DNA from: Eledone cirrhosa
Lineage: Eukaryota
Direction: 5' to 3'
Assembly: GCA_964016885.1 (NCBI GenBank)
Contig: OZ024760.1
Location: forward strand, 14,880,001-14,944,000
Length of the DNA: 64,000 nt
Shown here: in pieces, positions 1 to 14,404 of the stretch
How the letters are laid out: the number at the start of each line of letters is the position of its first letter
How positions within the stretch are numbered: the stretch's first letter is position 1
Notes under the pieces: model-generated
What the model was told of the DNA's origin: nothing
The model's database searches: none
The model's input: only the letters and a program-made list of their open reading frames with translations
Translations under genes and position numbers: made by a program

Positions 1-599
1 AGCAGTAGTAGCAACAACAACGACAACAGCAGCAGCAGCAGCAGCAATAATAACAACAGCAATAACATCTATAACAAGACGAATAACAAGCACAATAAAA
101 AAAAACAATGGCAATGACAGTAACATGTAGCATTCACTGCTCCAGCTGGGTGACTGGGGGGGGGTGTGTGTGTGAAGTTAATCCAGTGATGGACTGGTGT
201 CCTGTCCAGGGGATGAAGTCTTGTACTCTCAGTCGCTTAACACTAATGAAACTTGGAATAAACTCTACCTTGATGAGACACCAGGCCTGTGACAGACAAC
301 TCTTTCTTTTAAAGTATGTTGTAGCCCAGGGCTTCACTGTCCAGTGTCCTTCTTCCTTGATGATGATCATTATCATCATCAGCATCATCATCACCATTTA
401 ATGTCTATTTTCCATGCTTGCATATGTTAGACAGGTTGTCAAATTTTGAAGCTAAGCAGATCAGGTGACCATGTCTTGCTCACATGCTCCATTCTGGCTT
501 GGTTATTATGGCTGGATGCCCTCCCTAATGCCAACCACTTCTATTTTGTTTTAAATATATATTAAAATAAATATTAAAATATATGAAACACAACGTTTT

Positions 600-990
600 A
601 GATGCAAGTCACCAAAATGGGATTCCTCTGAAAGGTCTTTGGAGTAACGTTACTCGATAAAGTGTGTAACTCAGAGATCAGAGAATCTTTCCAGGTAGAG
701 CCACTACTTCTCCGAATTGAAAGATCACAACTCCGATACTATGGGCATGTGGTTAGAATGTCTCGGGGAAAGAATTGCTGGACATATTTTACGGGCAAAA
801 CCAACCGGCAGGAGACCCAGGAGTAGACCCCGAGCAAGATGATTGGATAACATCAATGAGCTTGGCTGGTCTTGTTTGGGGATCCAGCTGGATTAATTGG
901 AGACAGTTGCTTCTGACAGGACCCACTGGAAGGTGTGTTTGAGGACTCTGCCTCCACAACCATCTCAGGAATAAGTGGGCAAAGAAGAAG
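600..990 (+). mobile_element. RTE-like LINE 3' remnant
   Basis: RPRAR(W)LDNINELGW-like translation; copies at 6118-7100 (-) and 43500-43795 (+). Confidence 0.6.
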
Positions 991-2239
991 ATAATGGTTA
1001 TTAAGTATATTAGTTTTTCTTTGGGTCTCTTTTGTTCTAGTCATGGATCAGCGCTGGAATGTCTGCATTGTACCCTACATTTTACCCTGCATTGTACCCT
1101 ACATTGTACCCTATCTATATGTAGGTCTACATTTATGTACTTTTAATGTTTACTAGACCCATTGGGTCACATTCACTTAAAAATATTTTTACAAAAATAT
1201 TTTTTTTAAATCATGTTCACTTAAAAATAATTTTTTAGTAATTAAAATATACACAGACATGTATATAATGTGAAATGAAACTGGAAGGCCCATATATATA
1301 TATGTGTGTATGTATATATATAAATGTGTGTGTGTGTGTACATATATATATGTACGTGTGTGTTTATATGTATTTGTGGCTGTCTGCGATCTATATATAC
1401 ACTGGTCATAGACACATATACTCACTTATATATATACACAACACCACCAGCTCTCTCTCACTTCCATTCTCCTCTCTCTATGTCTCTCTTTCAATCTACT
1501 CTCTCACAACCACTATCTCTTTCTCTCTATCTTTCTCTCTCTCTCTGTTTATGAAGGTACCCGGAAAAACCCCATATCTTGGAAACTCATGCTCTGATTT
1601 ACGCAAAAATTGTTTTATTCCATTTGTATTCCCATTTCAGGGGCAACTTCCTTTCAAAGTATTTTCCCACTATGCACCCTTTTGGCTGTATTACATTACA
1701 AACAAACAAGCAAGCAAGCAATCACAGAGTTTTTTGGGGAAAATAAAAAAAATGTTGTTTAGCCCAGGGGCTCTGGTTGCTCTTACCTGGCCCTGGTAGG
1801 TAACAGTTGGCTGTGATCATGGGAGATTATTTTCACAGTTGTGTGAAAGTTGAGATGAAATATAGGGAGGGTGATAGAAAAGTATGTAATAGAATCTGGT
1901 AAAACGGGTTGGCGGAGGGTGGGGTAGGTGGGTGCCGGCAAGAGAGGGAGTGGTTGAAAAGGAGGGAGGGGTGAGAAAGAGAAAGGTGTGTGAAATTATA
2001 TTGTGTTGTATTATGTAAGACTTTTTCAATCGCGTAGTTAATAATTAGAATTAGAAATATATGTTAAATTTCATACGTACCTACCTAGCTACCTATGTAC
2101 CTACCTACCCACCCACCAGCCTATCTGTCTACACACCTACATTCCTATCTACCTACCTACCTATGTATATACATTCCTATATACCTATCTACCTATATAT
2201 CTATCTATATATCTACCTACCTATGTATCTATCTATATA

Positions 2240-2574
2240 GAGGCACATGGCTTCGTGGTTAGAGCATTGGCCTTGCAATCGAAAGGTTGTGAGTTCAATT
2301 CTCAGACCGGGTGATGTGTTGTTTCCTTGAGCAAGACACTTTATTTCACATTGCTCCAGTTTACTCAGCTGTAGAAATGAGATGATAGGGACTGGGGTCC
2401 CTATCATTCCACTGCAAAGTGGTCGTGGAGGTGCCACGGAAAAAAAGCACCCAGCACTCACTGTAAATGAGGTTGGTGTTAGGAAGGGCATCCAGCTGTA
2501 GAAATCAAGCCAGAATCAGTTCCCGTCCCACCCTTGCAAGCAGGGAAAAGCGGACGTAAGATGATGATGATGAT
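2240..2574 (+). mobile_element. tRNA-derived SINE family A (RTE-type tail)
   Basis: A box tggcttcgtggttagagc, B box gagttcaattct, ccttgagcaagacact core, 3' end shared with the RTE 3'UTR, (GAT)n tail. Confidence 0.9.
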
Positions 2575-2635
2575 ATCTACCTACCTATGTATCTATCTAT
2601 ATACCTACTTACCTATAAGTAGTTCAACTACGGAA

Positions 2636-2681
<46 letters not shown>

Positions 2682-3200
2682 AAGTGAGGTAGATGCATAA
2701 TAATTAAAAATATAAATCAGAATGAATTTACCCACCTTTATAACTATATATCACACACGTACAAATTCAAAGAGATTTGTTTCGCCAAAAGATTAGTGTA
2801 TGGAAAGAAACAGGCAGGTTCATCAGCGCGCGTGTTAAGCGAATACATTCCATACAACCCTAAGAGAACTTAAGATAACTACTGCCTTGCAATATATATA
2901 TATATATATATATACTGTATATATAAAAAAGGTAAACAGAAATAACAACACAATCGGTACAGTATATAGAAGGAATATATTAGGAATATATAACACTTGA
3001 AATAGCAGGAAGAGGGTCTTAACATTTCGGATGCTAGTCCTTCATCAGAAGAAAGAATTAGAAATAAGATGTGAAGGGACGGGCGGGTTGGAATTGGAAA
3101 AAATGTCTTTAGATAAAAATAACAGGTCCATTTATGTTGACATCTTTTATATATATGCATAACACTGAATAGATATTGTTTTTATTTATTTTTTCTGCAG

Positions 3201-3329
3201 TGTTTAAAAGATACAGGTATTCACCACATGAGACTGTTGGTGATGTTGGCACGATGGTCAGCCCTTTGTTTCTTCCCCGTCTGGTTTACATATGATTTAA
3301 GGAGAATACTCATTAACTTTGATTCTGTA
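3201..3329 (+). CDS. SLC35E1: SLC35E1 coding exon (129 nt)
   Basis: ttttctgcag|TGT...GTA|gtaagt; 43 codons. Confidence 0.9.
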
Positions 3330-6300
3330 GTAAGTATTCTTTTATTGTGCTTTTTGTTTTACTGGTGTCAGTCATTTCATATATTTGGTGGAGTTTTGGC
3401 TGCTATTTCTAGCATGATAGACGCCCATCCAAAAGGCACCCACGTTGACCTCACTCTACGTGGGTGTGTGTGTGTATGTGAGAGAGAGAGAGATATATAA
3501 ATCATTGAATAACATTGGTTTCAGTCGTTATATATATTTAGTGGTGATTTGGCTGCTATTTCTAGCAGTGAAGGTACTCCCTCGCCGGCCATTGCTGCGT
3601 GAGTGTGTATGAGAGATCAAGAAGGAGAGAGAGAGAGAGATCCATGAATAACATTTGTTTCTAATTCAGACACAAGGACAGCAAATCTGGGGGAATGGCA
3701 AAGTTGATTTAATCAACCTCAGTATTTAACTGGTACTATATTTTATTGATCTTGGAAGGAAGAAAAGCAAAGTTGACCTCGGCAGGATTTTAACTTAGAA
3801 TGTAAAGAGCCAGAGTTAACATGGCAATGGCGTTTCATTTGGCGGTCTATAAATTCTGCCAATCCAAAATAACTTTGATAAGTAAGAAAACAGCACAGTT
3901 CCCATGACTTTTGGAAACATTTTTTCACGCTCAGAGTTGCTGAAGCATGGAACAAACTACCTGCATCAGTTGTTAGCTGTCGAGACACTGCATCCCTTAA
4001 GGCCTCCATGCTTCCCGAGATCCGCCAACACTACAGCTAACACATACACACATGTACTTCCCTGACATTTGTGTATTATTCTATGTACTATATTGACGAG
4101 TTGTAGTGTACCTGAGCACTTTACACAATAATTTCATTATATTATATAACAACAATAACACTCCCTGCCTATAACATCGTTTGTCGTTAACGAAAATTAC
4201 ACGAAAATAACGTTTGTATTCTCTTTCGCAGGTCAACCATTAAAACAGGGGAAGATGACCCTTGTTATCTTGAATAAATCTTTTCTTAATCCATTCCTTG
4301 TTTACCTCCCTTGCACATGATTAACTACGTTTTCTATAATGGAGGTTATAATATGTTGACGAAATTTAAAAGAAATTAAATAAAGCAATTTCTTTTTCTA
4401 TTTTTGCAGTTCATTCCTGTAGAAATTACATTACGTTCCTGTATATAATATACATATATAATTTAAAACTATATAGTAATACACTGGGATAATTGCTGGC
4501 CTTGTGCCAAAAGTAGAAACAATTATTATTATTAATGGGTGGTGGATTGGCAGTATCGATAGAGGGTCGGACGCCATGCTTAGTGGCATAGAGTTACGGC
4601 CCTTCATGATCTGAGTTCAAATCCCACCGAGGTTAAATTTGCCTTTCATCCTTACGGGGTCGATAAAATAAAGTACCAGTCACGCACTGGAGTCAATTTA
4701 AGCAACTTTCCCCTTCTCCCAAATTGCTGGCCTTGTGCCTATATAAGAAACCATTATTATTGAGTTCAAATCCCTCCGAGGTTAACTTTGCCTTTCATCC
4801 TTACAAGGTCGATAAAATAAAGTACCAGTAATACACTGTGATAATTGCTGGCCTTGTGCCAAAAAAAAAATTATAAACCGTATGCAATCCTGCGCTTCTT
4901 ACTTTATTATAGTTTAGATTATTATCATTTTAATTTTTTTGTTACGTCTTTTGTTTGTTTTTGTTGCTTTTTTTTTACATGCAGAAACCTATATTTGTAC
5001 CATCCTGTGCTGTCCTTAATGTATTTTTTGTAAACCCTTTGTGGTTAATAAAGAAATCATTATTATTATTATTATTATTTGTCTTTTGCAGACAAGCAAT
5101 ATAAAAGTCACCACCATTCTGATATTACTCCTGTTAGATGGTTTTTTCAACACTTTGCAAAACCTCATTGCCTTCACTATCCTCGCTCTCATCAGCCCGC
5201 TCAGCTATGCCGTAGCCAATGCCATGAAAAGGATTGTCATCATCACTGCATCCATCATAATGCTCCGTAACCCAGTCACACCGGTCAACTGCTTTGGGAT
5301 GTTTGTATCAATATTGGGTGTGCTATGTTACAACAAGGTAGGTTTCATTGTAAACTTTTACATTCCAGTTTGGACAAGGTTTCTACAGCTGAATATTCTT
5401 CCTAAAATCAATCACCTTACAGCAAGTATGTATGTATAGTTCCGTAACTCCTGACATACCCAAGAAATGCTGTATTGACATACAGCGTTTCTTGGGCATT
5501 TTAAGCCTGGCGGAGCCCATCTCCTCTCCAGGCCTGAATCCTGAGTACAGAAGATTTCTTCCAGAGAAAGATAGAAAATGAGAGAGAGGAAAATGAGAAA
5601 GAGAAATAGAGGAAGAATCGATCCCAGTACTAGACTGGTATGTTTTTTTATTGACCTCGAAAGGATGAAAGCCAAAGTTGACCTCAGCAGGATTTGAACC
5701 CAGAGCAGAGAGCTGGAACGAATACCATAAAGCATTCTATCCGACGTTCTAACAGAGTGTACTGGGTGCATTTTATCAAGGCACCAGCATTAGAGAGGTT
5801 GGTGTGTCTTCAACAGGATTAAAATATTCTCTCAACCCTGAGTTGCCTCTATTCACTCACCAACCTCTTTAGCAAGTGTAATGGGTGTATTTTATTGTGG
5901 CATCAGCACTGTAGAGGTTGTTGTGTCCTCACTGTGACTCATTCACAAAACATTTTTACAGAGTGTACTGGGTGCATTTTATTGTGACACCAGCGCTGTA
6001 GAGGTTGTTGTGCCCTCACCATGACCAAAGGATTCTCTTAACACTCTATTGTCACTACTTATTCATTAACATCTTTACAGAGTGTACTGGGAGCATTAAA
6101 TTGTGCCACCAGCACTTCTATACCTCAAACACTCCTTCCAATGGGTCCTGTCAGAAGCAACCATCTCCAACTGATCCGGTTGGATCCCCAAGCAAGACCA
6201 GCCAAGCTCATGGATGTTATCCAACCATCTTACTCGGGGTCTACCCCTGGATCTCTTGCTGGTTGGTTTTGTTCAGAAAATCTGTCCAGCGATTCTTTCC

Positions 6301-7606
6301 TGAGACATTCTAACCACATGCCCCCATAGTATGGGAGCTGTGATCTCTCAATATGGAGAAGTAGCTATTCTACCTGGAGTGACTCTCTGATATCTGAACT
6401 ACAAATCTGTCCAGCGATTCTTTCCTGAGACATTCTAACCACATGCCCCCATAGTATGGGAGCTGTGATCTCTCAATATGGAGAAGTAGCTATTCTACCT
6501 GGAGTGATTCTCTGATATCTGAACTACAAATCTGTCCAGCGATTCTTTCCTGAGACATTCTAACCACATGCCCCCATAGTATGGGAGCTGTGATCTCTCA
6601 ATATGGAGAAGTAGCTATTCTACCTGGAGTGATTCTCTGATATCTGAACTACAAATCTGTCCAGCGATTCTTTCCTGAGACATTCTAACCACATGCCCCC
6701 ATAGTATGGGAGCTGTGATCTCTCAATATGGAGAAGTAGCTATTCTACCTGGAGTGATTCTCTGATATCTGAACTACAAATCTGTCCAGCGATTCTTTCC
6801 TGAGACATTCTAACCACATGCCCCCATAGTATGGGAGCTGTGATCTCTCAATATGGAGAAGTAGCTATTCTACCTGGAGTGATTCTCTGATATCTGAACT
6901 ACAAATCTGTCCAGCGATTCTTTCCTGAGACATTCTAACCGCATGTCCCCCATAATATCAGAGCTGTGATCTCTTAATTTGGAGAAGTAGTGGCTCTATC
7001 TAGAGTCACTCTCTGATCTTTGAGCTATGCACTTTATCGAGTAATGTTATTGAAAAAAAAACCATTTGGAGGAATTCCATTTTGGTCGCTTGTATTATGT
7101 GTTTATTTCTTAATTGTTTCTTCATATTTTTTTAATTGATTTATTATCTATTATTTATTTATTTATCTACTTAAAAATTTTATTTATTTATTTTAAAAAT
7201 TTATTTATTTTAAAAATTTATTTATTTATTTTAAAATTTCATTTATCTATCTATTTAAAAATTTTATTTATATATTTAAAAATTTTAATTATTTAGATAT
7301 TTATTTGTTTCGTTTCAGGCTAAATATGAACAGAATAAAGCACTGGAGAAGGAAATGATTCTGCCTATGGTGCAGAGTGAAGTTAATATTCTGTTGCAAG
7401 GTTACAACAAGGACATTACATATCACAATGGCATCCTCAGTGGTGGTAGTAGTAGTAGTAGTATTAGTAGTAGTAACAAGGTACACAATAGTGAAAGTAC
7501 ACATCATCATTTCCAGACACAGGCTTGGGAAAAGGATTCAAAATTCATTGATATATCTTTGACAGAAAAGAAACAGAGGGATTCAAGAAGCTATTACCAG
7601 TTGTAG
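3201..7606 (+). CDS. SLC35E1: Solute carrier family 35 member E1, 3' part: join(3201..3329,5092..5337,7319..7606); 5' exons not found in this window
   Basis: Three phase-0 exons with AG/GT ends splice in frame: [19 protein letters not shown]... / ...[61 protein letters not shown] / AKYEQNK...*. These match the SLC35E1 motifs IHHLRLL, SPLSYSVANATKRI and RNPVT. Confidence 0.92.
3878..4146 (+). mobile_element. CR1/L2-group LINE 3' end
   Basis: [20 protein letters not shown] motif and (ATT)n tail; tail copies at about 16953-17030 and 25793-25900 (-). Confidence 0.8.
4537..4862 (+). mobile_element. tRNA-derived SINE family B (Nin/Deu-like central domain), tandem partial copies
   Basis: ggcggtggattggcagtatcg head, B box gagttcaaatcc, gcctttcatccttacggggtcgataaaataaagtaccagt core, (ATT)n tail. 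Confidence 0.85.
5092..5337 (+). CDS. SLC35E1: SLC35E1 coding exon (246 nt)
   Basis: cttttgcag|ACA...AAG|gtaggt; TPT-family transmembrane segment. Confidence 0.93.
6118..7100 (-). mobile_element. RTE-like LINE 3' remnant containing a 125-bp tandem amplification
   Basis: Reverse complement of 600-990 and 43500-43795; degenerate GRPRARWLDNI motif. Confidence 0.65.
6278..7025. repeat. Minisatellite, about 6 x 125 bp, near-identical
   Basis: tctgtccagcgattc recurs at 6281, 6406, 6531, 6656, 6781, 6906. Confidence 0.97.
7319..7606 (+). CDS. SLC35E1: SLC35E1 terminal coding exon
   Basis: cgtttcag|GCT AAA TAT (YNK|AKY junction), open to TAG at 7604-7606; AATAAA follows near 7662 and 7795. Confidence 0.85.
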   Translation, partial: AKYEQNKALEKEMILPMVQSEVNILLQGYNKDITYHNGILSGGSSSSSISSSNKVHNSESTHHHFQTQAWEKDSKFIDISLTEKKQRDSRSYYQL

Positions 7607-8125
7607 TGTGTGGGTGTGGGTGTGTAGGGGGGGGGGGATAACAACAACAAACAAGCAAACAAATAAAAAAAGCAAACAAAGAAAAGAAAGAAATGAGGAA
7701 AAGGGAAAGAAAGAGTGAAGGAAAGTTGGAAGGAATCAGAAGGGGAAGAAGAGGAAGAAGAAATCATAAACTATTTATCTAAGTTTTACCTCCAAATAAA
7801 CTTATTTAAACACGGGATGCATAGATGTGTATATTACATGTATATATATTATAGATTCTAATGTTTATATATATACATATGTGTGTGTATATAGATGTAT
7901 ATAGATGTATATATATTTGTATATAGATGTATATATATTTATATATATATATATATATTTAAATATATATATATTTATATATATATATATATATTTAAAT
8001 ATATATATATTTATATATATATATATATATATATTTAAATATATATATATTTATATTTATATATATATATTTATATATATATATATATTTAAATATATAT
8101 ATATTTATATTTATATATATATATT

Positions 8126-8178
<53 letters not shown>

Positions 8179-8195
8179 ATATATTTATATATATT

Positions 8196-8286
<91 letters not shown>

Positions 8287-8390
8287 ATTTATATATATAT
8301 TTATATATATATACATATATATATGTATATACATATATATATATATTAGTGTGGAAAAATGGACCTTAAATGGTGAAGATGATGATGATA

Positions 8391-8431
<41 letters not shown>

Positions 8432-8557
8432 TAATATATATTTATACACGCACAAACATACATATATATATAAATGATGATGATGATGATGATATATACA
8501 CATATGTATTAGCATGGAAAAATGGACCTTAAATGGTGAAGATGATATGTGTGTGTG

Positions 8558-8614
<57 letters not shown>

Positions 8615-9039
8615 TAATATATATTTATACACACACAAACATACATATACATATATATATATATATAGGCACATATTTTTAGTATCTCCATTGAATAATA
8701 ACTGCTGAAAATTTTGGGTATAAATTTATGCACTTTTGTGCATCCATGGTATGAATTTAGTGTGCACTTATACTTAAACAACATTACTATTATACATGCA
8801 TGCATATAGATACATACATTTAGACATAAATACATACACATGCATTTAAGTACACTCCCATGTTACATGTGTATGTGTACCCATTCAATGTATCTTATTC
8901 TTGTTATATCTGGTTTTTCTCTCATCTCTTTTCTCTTCTGTTCATGTATGCATACTAACATAAAATATCCAACAGAGCAGATTACGATTGCCTCATTTCT
9001 TTCTAGCCATTGTCCTAAGTGCCCAGGTCTCATTACCAT

Positions 9040-9790
9040 ACAGCATCACACTTCATACATAGTCATCATACAATTTACTCTTCACCTGGAGAAAGAATCT
9101 CTTTGTTGTCATCAGGGGTATTCAGTATTCAGGTCTTGTTCTTACTCTGGCTACTTTGATTTTAAATGCATTTCATACATAGACAACATACAATCTGCCC
9201 TTTGTTTGGAGAAAGAATCTCTTTGTTGTCAACAGGGGTATTAATATTTCTGAACTTTCTCCACCCTGTTCTTATACTGACCATGATGTTTTTAAACATG
9301 CTTCATACACAAGCATCATTATATCAAATCTACGTTTAGAGATATTAAGGTCTCCAAATTCTTCCATCCTGTTCTCACTCTAGTTATTACACTTTTAATC
9401 ACATTTCATACACAACCATCACAACCATCATACAATCTTCCTTTTGTTCAAAGAAAGAATCTCTTTGTTACTTGTAAAGGTATTAAAATCTCCAAATTCT
9501 TCCACCCTGTTCTTATGCTAGTTACTTTGCTTTTAAATGCATCTCGTATACATCCATCACCCATCATACAATCCCCGCTTTGTTTGGAGAAAGAATATCT
9601 TTTGTTGCCAGCAGGGGTTTTAAGGTTAAACTTCTTTCACCCTCTTTTTATTCTAGTTACTATGCTTTTAAATGTATTTCATACACAAGCATCATACAGT
9701 TGAGCCTTCATTGAGAGAAAGAATCCTTTTGTTGCCAGCAAGGTTTCCAAACTTCTTCCACCCTTTTCTTACTCTGGCTATGTTACTTTC
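9040..9790. repeat. Diverged tandem repeat of about 120-135 bp
   Basis: catacaatc...gagaaagaatctctttgttg...ttctccaccctgttctta recurs about 5-6 times. Confidence 0.8.
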
Positions 9791-10135
9791 GGAACACACC
9801 TCCACTGTTAATTACGTCACCTAATGAAAGCGTGATTTTTGAGCATTGGAGATAATATATTTCATGCATTTAACCATGTGTATCTGGTTTAAATAGGTAC
9901 ACCATAGCCCTGCATGACATAATAAGTAATTAAAAAGGCGTCCAGCTTTAAAACATTGCCTCGAAAAGTCCCGTCCAATCCGTGCCAGCATGGAAAACTT
10001 AACATAAAAAAGATGATGATGATTATGAGGCTGATGATAATGAAGAAAAAGGGAAGAGTGTACTCTCACTGCTAACTACTCCTATATATCTTCTACTCTC
10101 CTGCATATAAAATCTTTCTTCCCTGTCAGCTAGTA

Positions 10136-10536
10136 GGGCGGTGGATTGTCAGTATCGGTAGAGGGTCGGAGTTACGTCCCTTTACGGTCTGCGTTCAAAT
10201 CCCGCCTAAGTTAACTTAGCCTTTCATCCTTACAAGGGTCGATAAAATAAAGTACCAGTAATGCATTGGAATAATTGCTGGCCTTGTGCTAAAAGTAGAA
10301 ACAGTTATTACTAAATCATTCCTTAGGGCGGTGGATTGGCAGTATCGGTAGAGCGTTGGACACCTTGCTTTGCAGTGTAGAGTTACAGCCCTTTACGTTA
10401 TGAGTTCCAATTTCCCTGAGGTTAGCTTTGCCTCTCATCCTTACGAGGTCAATAAAATAAAGTACCAGTGGTGCACTGGGGTTGATTTGATCCACTTTCT
10501 CTTCCCTTCCTGTGCCAAAAGTAGAAACAATTGTTA
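10136..10536 (+). mobile_element. SINE family B, two tandem copies
   Basis: Heads at 10136 and 10326. Confidence 0.88.
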
Positions 10537-11000
10537 CTAAATCACTCCAAATTCTTCATTATTTTCAAAATAATTTCTGAGAGCTAATTCTCTTACCATT
10601 CTGCATAGTGACATCTTAATTTGTTATATTCACTGAAGTCAACACCTTGTATTGAGTACCTCACCGCCATCTCTCTTGTTTGTAAATCCAAATACGCACA
10701 CATGCATTTCAACATACACTCACACATCCAAAAATACTCACACATCCACAAACACACACTCATATACACATCTATGTGTGTGTATCTATCTATCTACTTA
10801 TCTATCTGTCTATCTATCTGTCTATATGTCTATATGTCTATCTATCTGCCTATCTATCTATTTATCTACTTATCTATCTACTTATCTGTCTATCTACTTA
10901 TCTACCTATCTACCTATATATCTACCCACCTATCTATCTACCCACCCACCCACCTACCCACCTACCTATCTATCTATCTAAATATACATGTGTGTGTGTA

Positions 11001-11064
<64 letters not shown>

Positions 11065-11328
11065 CACACACACACATATATATATTCACATATATATACA
11101 TGTAAATAAAAACCTTGAGTTGCCCAAATTTGAACATAATTTACATTTAGAACAAAAAACCAAAGCTATTCATGAAATAAGATTGTTGATTGCTCTAACA
11201 TGTAAATCAAACTCCATGTATATATATGTGTATATATAGATGTATGTGTGTATATATATATAGAATGGAAAACGAAAAATCAGTGCTCAACCGGCATACT
11301 ACCTATGGAAGCATCTTAGCTACCATTA

Positions 11329-11365
<37 letters not shown>

Positions 11366-11789
11366 CTCTGCAGATTCACCCGAACTTACACACAAACAAA
11401 AATATAAATATATATACTTGTAGCATATATATACATCAAGTTTATACAAAAATATATAGATGCATACTACTTAGAAATAAATATATACATGTATTATATG
11501 AATATTTATGTATATAGCATATCAATGTAAATATTTGGTACACATCTGGGATGTGGTATACATATAAGTGTATACATACATGGCTATACAGGTGTGATAT
11601 AAAGAGGAAAACAAGGTATGGGTTGTGAATCGTTTGGTTTTGGTGTGTAATGGCTGCATATATAGTGAGTACTGTGTGAACGAATTTATATATATATAAA
11701 AAAGAAGAGAGACAGCATCATGTAATACATCAATTAATTTTCAATTAATGTATATATATATATATATATATATGCACACACACACACAT

Positions 11790-12530
11790 ATATGTATATA
11801 TATATACACCCGCATGCATATATTTAGGGTAAATATATGTATGTCTGTATATATGTGTATATGCATACATACATACACACAGATACGCACACACATATAT
11901 ATATACACACACATACATATATTTAGGGTAAATATATGTATGTCTGTATATATGTGTATATGCATACATACACACACACAGATACGCACACACATACATA
12001 TATATATACACACACATACATATATTTAGGGTAAATATATGTATGTCTGTATATATGTGTATATGCATACATACATACACACAGATACGCACACACATAT
12101 ATATATACACACACATACATATATTTAGGGTAAATATATGTATGTCTGTATATATGTGTATATGCATACATACACACACACAGATACGCACACACATACA
12201 TATATTTAGGGTAAATATATGTATGTCTGTATATATGTGTATATGCATACATACATACACACAGATACGCACACACATACATATATATATACACACACAT
12301 ACATATATTTAGGGTAAATATATGTATGTCTGTATATATGTGTATATGCATACATACACACACACAGCTACGCACACATATATACACACACATACATATA
12401 TTTAGGGTAAATATATGTATGTCTGTATATATGTGTATATGCATACATACACACACACAGATACGCACACATATATATACACACATACATATATTTAGGG
12501 TAAATATATGTATGCCTATATATGTGTGCA
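11790..12530. repeat. Compound minisatellite, 8 units of 81-103 bp
   Basis: tttagggtaaa at 11823, 11922, 12025, 12124, 12205, 12308, 12401, 12494. Confidence 0.95.
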
Positions 12531-13120
12531 TATTCATACTTACATACATACACACAGTTTATATATATATATATATATATGTGTATATGAATATATATGA
12601 GGGGTTGCTGAAAAGTTCCTGGCTTTAAGGTTTTAATATGCGCATTTCAAAAACAAATATCATCATGGGATATTTGTCTTTGAAATGCGCATAATAAAAT
12701 ACTTGGAACTCTTTTAACCATCTTTTGATCTTATATTATTTATACGCCAGTCCTACAAACTGTAGAGTGCTACTTATCCGATATTTGCATTGCTTTATTG
12801 TGCTACAATAAAACTCACCTCCTACATATTCAGTGTTGCATCATAACATATTTAATAACATATTACACTCCTGTTGATCAGCTCAAGGATCGAACCTGAC
12901 TCTGTAATCGAAAATCTTTCGATTACAGAGTGAGATTTGATCTATAATAGGTCTTTCCTTGAGCTGATCGATAGTGTAATATGTTATTAAATATGTTGTC
13001 ATACTCTTATAGTATTATACTCTGCTCTGCGCGAGCATCGAGTGCTCAACTGACATACTGCCTACAGGCGCAATTTTTCTTGCAACCATACAACTATATA
13101 TATATATATATATATATATA

Positions 13121-13503
13121 CTCTCAAGTTCCAAATAATGGGGTATTGGAATAAGCAGGGCAGTTGAGTGATGGGGTTGGAAAATCGGTAATTTTTCTAG
13201 TTTGTGTCCTTTGATTTCTTTCAAAAACCAGAATTAGATGTTTAGTTTACATATTGAGACCCTAATACATCCTATTAATTTTATAATGTATGGGATTTCT
13301 TGTAATGTTCTCTTTTGTCATGTAAAATGTTTTTTAATGTATAAAGAAAATTAATTGTTGCAGGAGTGATACCACTTAAAATTAAAATTTCCCGGGGTAG
13401 ATTACTAAAATTTAATAAGCAAGGGGGTGGATAAGAGAGGAGAGGTTGGAAAAATTCTGAAAAAAATTAACAGGACGGGGGGGGCATTATTCGAGACCAA
13501 GAG
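13121..13503. mobile_element. Probable Tc1/mariner-pogo-like MITE
   Basis: Imperfect TIRs ctctcaagttccaaataat / attattcgagaccaagag flanked by TA. Confidence 0.5.
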
Positions 13504-13736
13504 TATATGTATATAAACACACACACACATATAATGGCGATGAATATAACAATATATATACATACTTATCTACATATGTATATATAATGTATATAAAAAA
13601 ATAAATATGTAGACATGACCAACCCTTGCTAGCAGGGTAAGCGGACGTAAACGATGATGATGATATATATACATATATGTATATATATATTATGTATATA
13701 ATATATTTATATATATATATATGTATGTATATAATG

Positions 13737-13771
<35 letters not shown>

Positions 13772-13865
13772 GTCTATGCATATATGTATGCATATACATG
13801 TATTTACATATATGTATGTATGTATATATATATGTGCACACATACACATGAATATATATATATAT

Positions 13866-13903
<38 letters not shown>

Positions 13904-14289
13904 GTATATACAACATGAATATATATATTCATGTATACACATACATGAATATATATATTCATGTATACACAAACATGAATATATATATTGATGTATACAC
14001 AAACATGAATATATATATTCATGTATATACATGCATTAATATATATATCCATGTATACAAATACTTGAATATATATATATGTGTGTGTGTGTGTGTGTAA
14101 AGTACAATCTTTAATATATAAATACATGCACATATATATAAACTGTATTATACTTCTGCATAATTAAAAATGTATATATTTCATTGTGGGAAAAAAATTT
14201 CTCGGCCTTCTTTATGAATTTTTGTCTTTCTTTCTTAAATGCACTCTTTTACTGTTTGACCCAGTCTACCTGTCTGTCTACCCTTCCAA

Positions 14290-14345
<56 letters not shown>

Positions 14346-14360
14346 CTCTCTCTCTCTCTC

Positions 14361-14404
<44 letters not shown>

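Noticed and set aside
2240-2312. tRNA gene
   Set aside because: A and B boxes belong to a SINE head that continues into a SINE body; no full cloverleaf.
11790-12530. CRISPR-like array or interstitial telomere
   Set aside because: Spacers are near-identical microsatellite, the context is eukaryotic, and each unit has only one TTAGGG.
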